Assembly: GCA_965214705.1 (NCBI GenBank)
Contig: OZ243972.1
Location: forward strand, 512,001 to 576,000
Length of the DNA: 64,000 nt
Source: Alphaproteobacteria bacterium
GTDB taxonomy: Bacteria > Pseudomonadota > Alphaproteobacteria > UBA828
Reading direction: 5' to 3'
Both the position numbers and the translations under genes were made by a program. Under the pieces are notes generated by a model. The model had not been told where the DNA came from, made no database searches, and saw only the letters and a program-made list of their open reading frames with translations. Positions 61,729-64,000 of this stretch are shown in pieces; position 1 is the stretch's first letter; every line of letters begins with the position of its first letter.

Positions 61729-63866
61729 GGGGTGAGCGTCCGGGAAACCCGAAACCCGACGAGGTCGCCGCGGACCTCGGTGGAAGCCTCGTTGCGGCCA
61801 GCTGAGCGGAGGACCCACGGATTGAGCCAGGAACCGCCGCGAAGAACGCGCTTCTCGCAATCACCTCCCGACACCCAAGCGCTTCCAGCGGTGGGCGCGC
61901 CCGCGTAGCTATCGTGCCAGCAATCCTCAACCCACTCCCACACGTTGCCGAGCATGTCCGACAGTCCAAACCCGTTCTCGCCGTAGCTGCCGACTCGCGC
62001 CGCATGGATCGAACCATCCCGACACGGTGCAGGCTCAGGCTCCCAATCGTAGTCAAATTCCGCCTTGGCCGTACGGTCATAGCCGTTGGCGTGATCGCAT
62101 TGCGCCCCAACGTCGTCGCCCCAATAGCGAGAAGTGCGCGTCCCCGCCCGTGCCGCATACTCCCACTCCGCCTCCGACAGGAGGCGATAGCGCTCCCCGG
62201 TCTTCCGCGACAGCCAGCGCACATACGCCTTCGCATCATCCCAGCTCACGTTGATCACGGGACGCCGCCCCCGGCCCCAGCCTTGGTCATCCGGCCGATA
62301 GCCGTTGCAACCGCCCGCCGCCACGCACGCATCCCACTCCGCAAACGTCACCTCGTACTTGCCCACCGCGAACGGCGCCGGGATCGTCACCCTGTGCTGG
62401 GGGCCTTCGTCATCATCCCGCCCTTCCTCTGACGACGGCGAGCCCATCATGAACGAGCCCGCCGGCACCACCACCATCTCGGGGCACTCAGGGCAATCGC
62501 GGAATACCCGGCCCGGACGCATTGCCGCCTGCTTGCGCGACTCTTCCTCTCCTGCGGCCAGCAGCAGCTTGGCCGTCTCCGCGTCGAGATAGCCGGTCTC
62601 GTTACCGCCTTGGGACGATTGCCAACCGCCAATGGACGCGCGCGTGCGTTGCCCGAATAGCCCGTCCGCCGGACCGGGATCGAATCCCAGCGCAGCCAGC
62701 CCCTTCTGAATCTGCCGCCGCTCGTCGCGCTCCAGCCCCAGAGACGTCTCCACCATTTCGGGCGCGGGCGGCGCCGGCTCGGGCGATACCACCCGTTCCG
62801 GCTCGTCATGGGTCACCGCCACCTGAACGTCTGGCTTCTCATCTGGCGAGACAGTCAGCCGAGCGAGCCTGTTTCGCGCCAGAGCCTCGTAGGTGCCGCC
62901 GGGGAACTGCTCCAGATAGGCCCCGAAGTCGGCCGCGTGCGTGCTGTCCTTCACCGACTCCCAGAACACCCGTTCAGCGGCAAGTTCTTCCGCTGTCAGA
63001 CGCCGGTCGTTGCCAGGGACCACTGGCTCCGGCTTGGTATCCTCGGGGTCTGGTTTGACGATTGTCTCGGGTTCTTGCGGCTCGGGCAGCGCCGCCAGAT
63101 ACGCCCCCTCGCTCGAAAGGGAGCCGTAGACGAATGGCTCCTGACGCCCGCCCGTCGCCGCGAGCACCGCGTCCCGCACCTTTCGGAACATCAGGCCTAC
63201 CTCCAGCCCCGGCTCCTCCAGATGCTTCAGCAATGCCGAGGTGTAGGGGCTGTTGCGGCCATCGCCGTCCGCCGCGACCGTCCCCTCCTTCGCCGCATAC
63301 GCCACCAGCGTCTCGCCCGAGGGCTCCACGCTCGCCAGACCCCGCCCGATCGAGCGCGTCGCGCCCGAGCGCTGCATCGCCACCGCGAAGGGGTTGTCGC
63401 GACACGCATCGAGGATGATCAGACGAAGGCCCTTGGCCCGCTCCACGGCGCGGGAGAGCAGGTCGAGCGGCACAGTCTCGAACTCCACGTCGGCGTCGCT
63501 CAACAGGCGCGCGTCCACGGGGATCAGGAAGTTGCGCTTGTCCACCTCGATTCCGTGGCCGGCGTAGAACACCACCGCCATTTCCGAGGCCGAGGCCGCG
63601 AGGCTGAATTTCTGGAGACCGTCCCACAGCTCCGCCCGGCTCGCGTTCGGGAGCTTCGTGACCGCGAAGCCGAGGCGGTCTAGCGCCGCACCGATGTCGG
63701 TTGCGTCGTTGAGGGGGTTGGCCAGCGACGACGCATGGGCATACGACGCATTGCCGATCACCAGCGCCACGCGCTGGCCTGCCACGGCAGGGTTCACTAG
63801 GAGTGATAACGACGCGACGACCATCGTCATCATTGCTACTGATCTGAACACCTGCAACATCAGCAT
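61725..63866 (-). CDS. Secreted caspase-like (C14) + peptidoglycan-binding + FGE-sulfatase (SUMF1/CLec) protein
   Basis: Signal peptide, RVALVIGN, YAGHG, LDACR; GPADGLFGQRTRASI; CPEMVVVPAG, SEAEWEYAARAG, GNVWEW, RVLRGGSW, GFRV. Confidence 0.92.
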   Translation of the reverse strand: MLMLQVFRSVAMMTMVVASLSLLVNPAVAGQRVALVIGNASYAHASSLANPLNDATDIGAALDRLGFAVTKLPNASRAELWDGLQKFSLAASASEMAVVFYAGHGIEVDKRNFLIPVDARLLSDADVEFETVPLDLLSRAVERAKGLRLIILDACRDNPFAVAMQRSGATRSIGRGLASVEPSGETLVAYAAKEGTVAADGDGRNSPYTSALLKHLEEPGLEVGLMFRKVRDAVLAATGGRQEPFVYGSLSSEGAYLAALPEPQEPETIVKPDPEDTKPEPVVPGNDRRLTAEELAAERVFWESVKDSTHAADFGAYLEQFPGGTYEALARNRLARLTVSPDEKPDVQVAVTHDEPERVVSPEPAPPAPEMVETSLGLERDERRQIQKGLAALGFDPGPADGLFGQRTRASIGGWQSSQGGNETGYLDAETAKLLLAAGEEESRKQAAMRPGRVFRDCPECPEMVVVPAGSFMMGSPSSEEGRDDDEGPQHRVTIPAPFAVGKYEVTFAEWDACVAAGGCNGYRPDDQGWGRGRRPVINVSWDDAKAYVRWLSRKTGERYRLLSEAEWEYAARAGTRTSRYWGDDVGAQCDHANGYDRTAKAEFDYDWEPEPAPCRDGSIHAARVGSYGENGFGLSDMLGNVWEWVEDCWHDSYAGAPTAGSAWVSGGDCEKRVLRGGSWLNPWVLRSAGRNEASTEVRGDLVGFRVSRTLTP

Positions 63867-64000
63867 TCCCTATATCAAGGCAGCCTCAAGGCAATAAATC
63901 GCCTCCCTTCCCGCCAGTAGTGGTGCAGTCATGCCACGGGAGCTCCACGGGGGCGTTCGTCCCTCGAATCATCGCGCGATCGGGGGTCCGCAATGGGATG

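Overview
GC-rich alphaproteobacterial chromosome segment, inferred from the TrcR/DUF1013 gene, the GTTC-N7-GTTC LexA box and hslVU, ftsK-lolA and map-radC-sfsA synteny. It has three parts. (1) 1-~8.2 kb is a decayed accessory island: an IS1634, integrase and ISKra4 remnants, and an AT-rich ~894-codon HEPN-like/STAND NTPase/TPR putative defence gene. That gene only appears after reading through one TGA and removing a 167-bp IS1595-type MITE plus one target duplication. (2) ~8.5-50 kb is mostly core and metabolic: hslUV, tRNA-Val, mgdABCD/sox-like operon, ald-mmsA-amidase-two ureidopropionase-like genes, MATE-lolA-ftsK, esterase-fused hydantoinase/oxoprolinase plus an unlisted 57-aa Zn-finger ORF, an orphan Mu gp27-like gene, radC-map-sfsA, macrodomain-HigBA and LexA-boxed imuA-imuB-dnaE2. 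(3) ~50-61 kb is a virion-less Mu-like element (S24 repressor / Cro-like, MuA, MuB, GemA, DnaA-domain-IV protein, end-type repeats) hit by three IS insertions. It is followed by tandem caspase genes, the complete one ending in an FGE/CLec domain with DGR-target-like signals. All calls come from reading motifs by eye; no searches were run.
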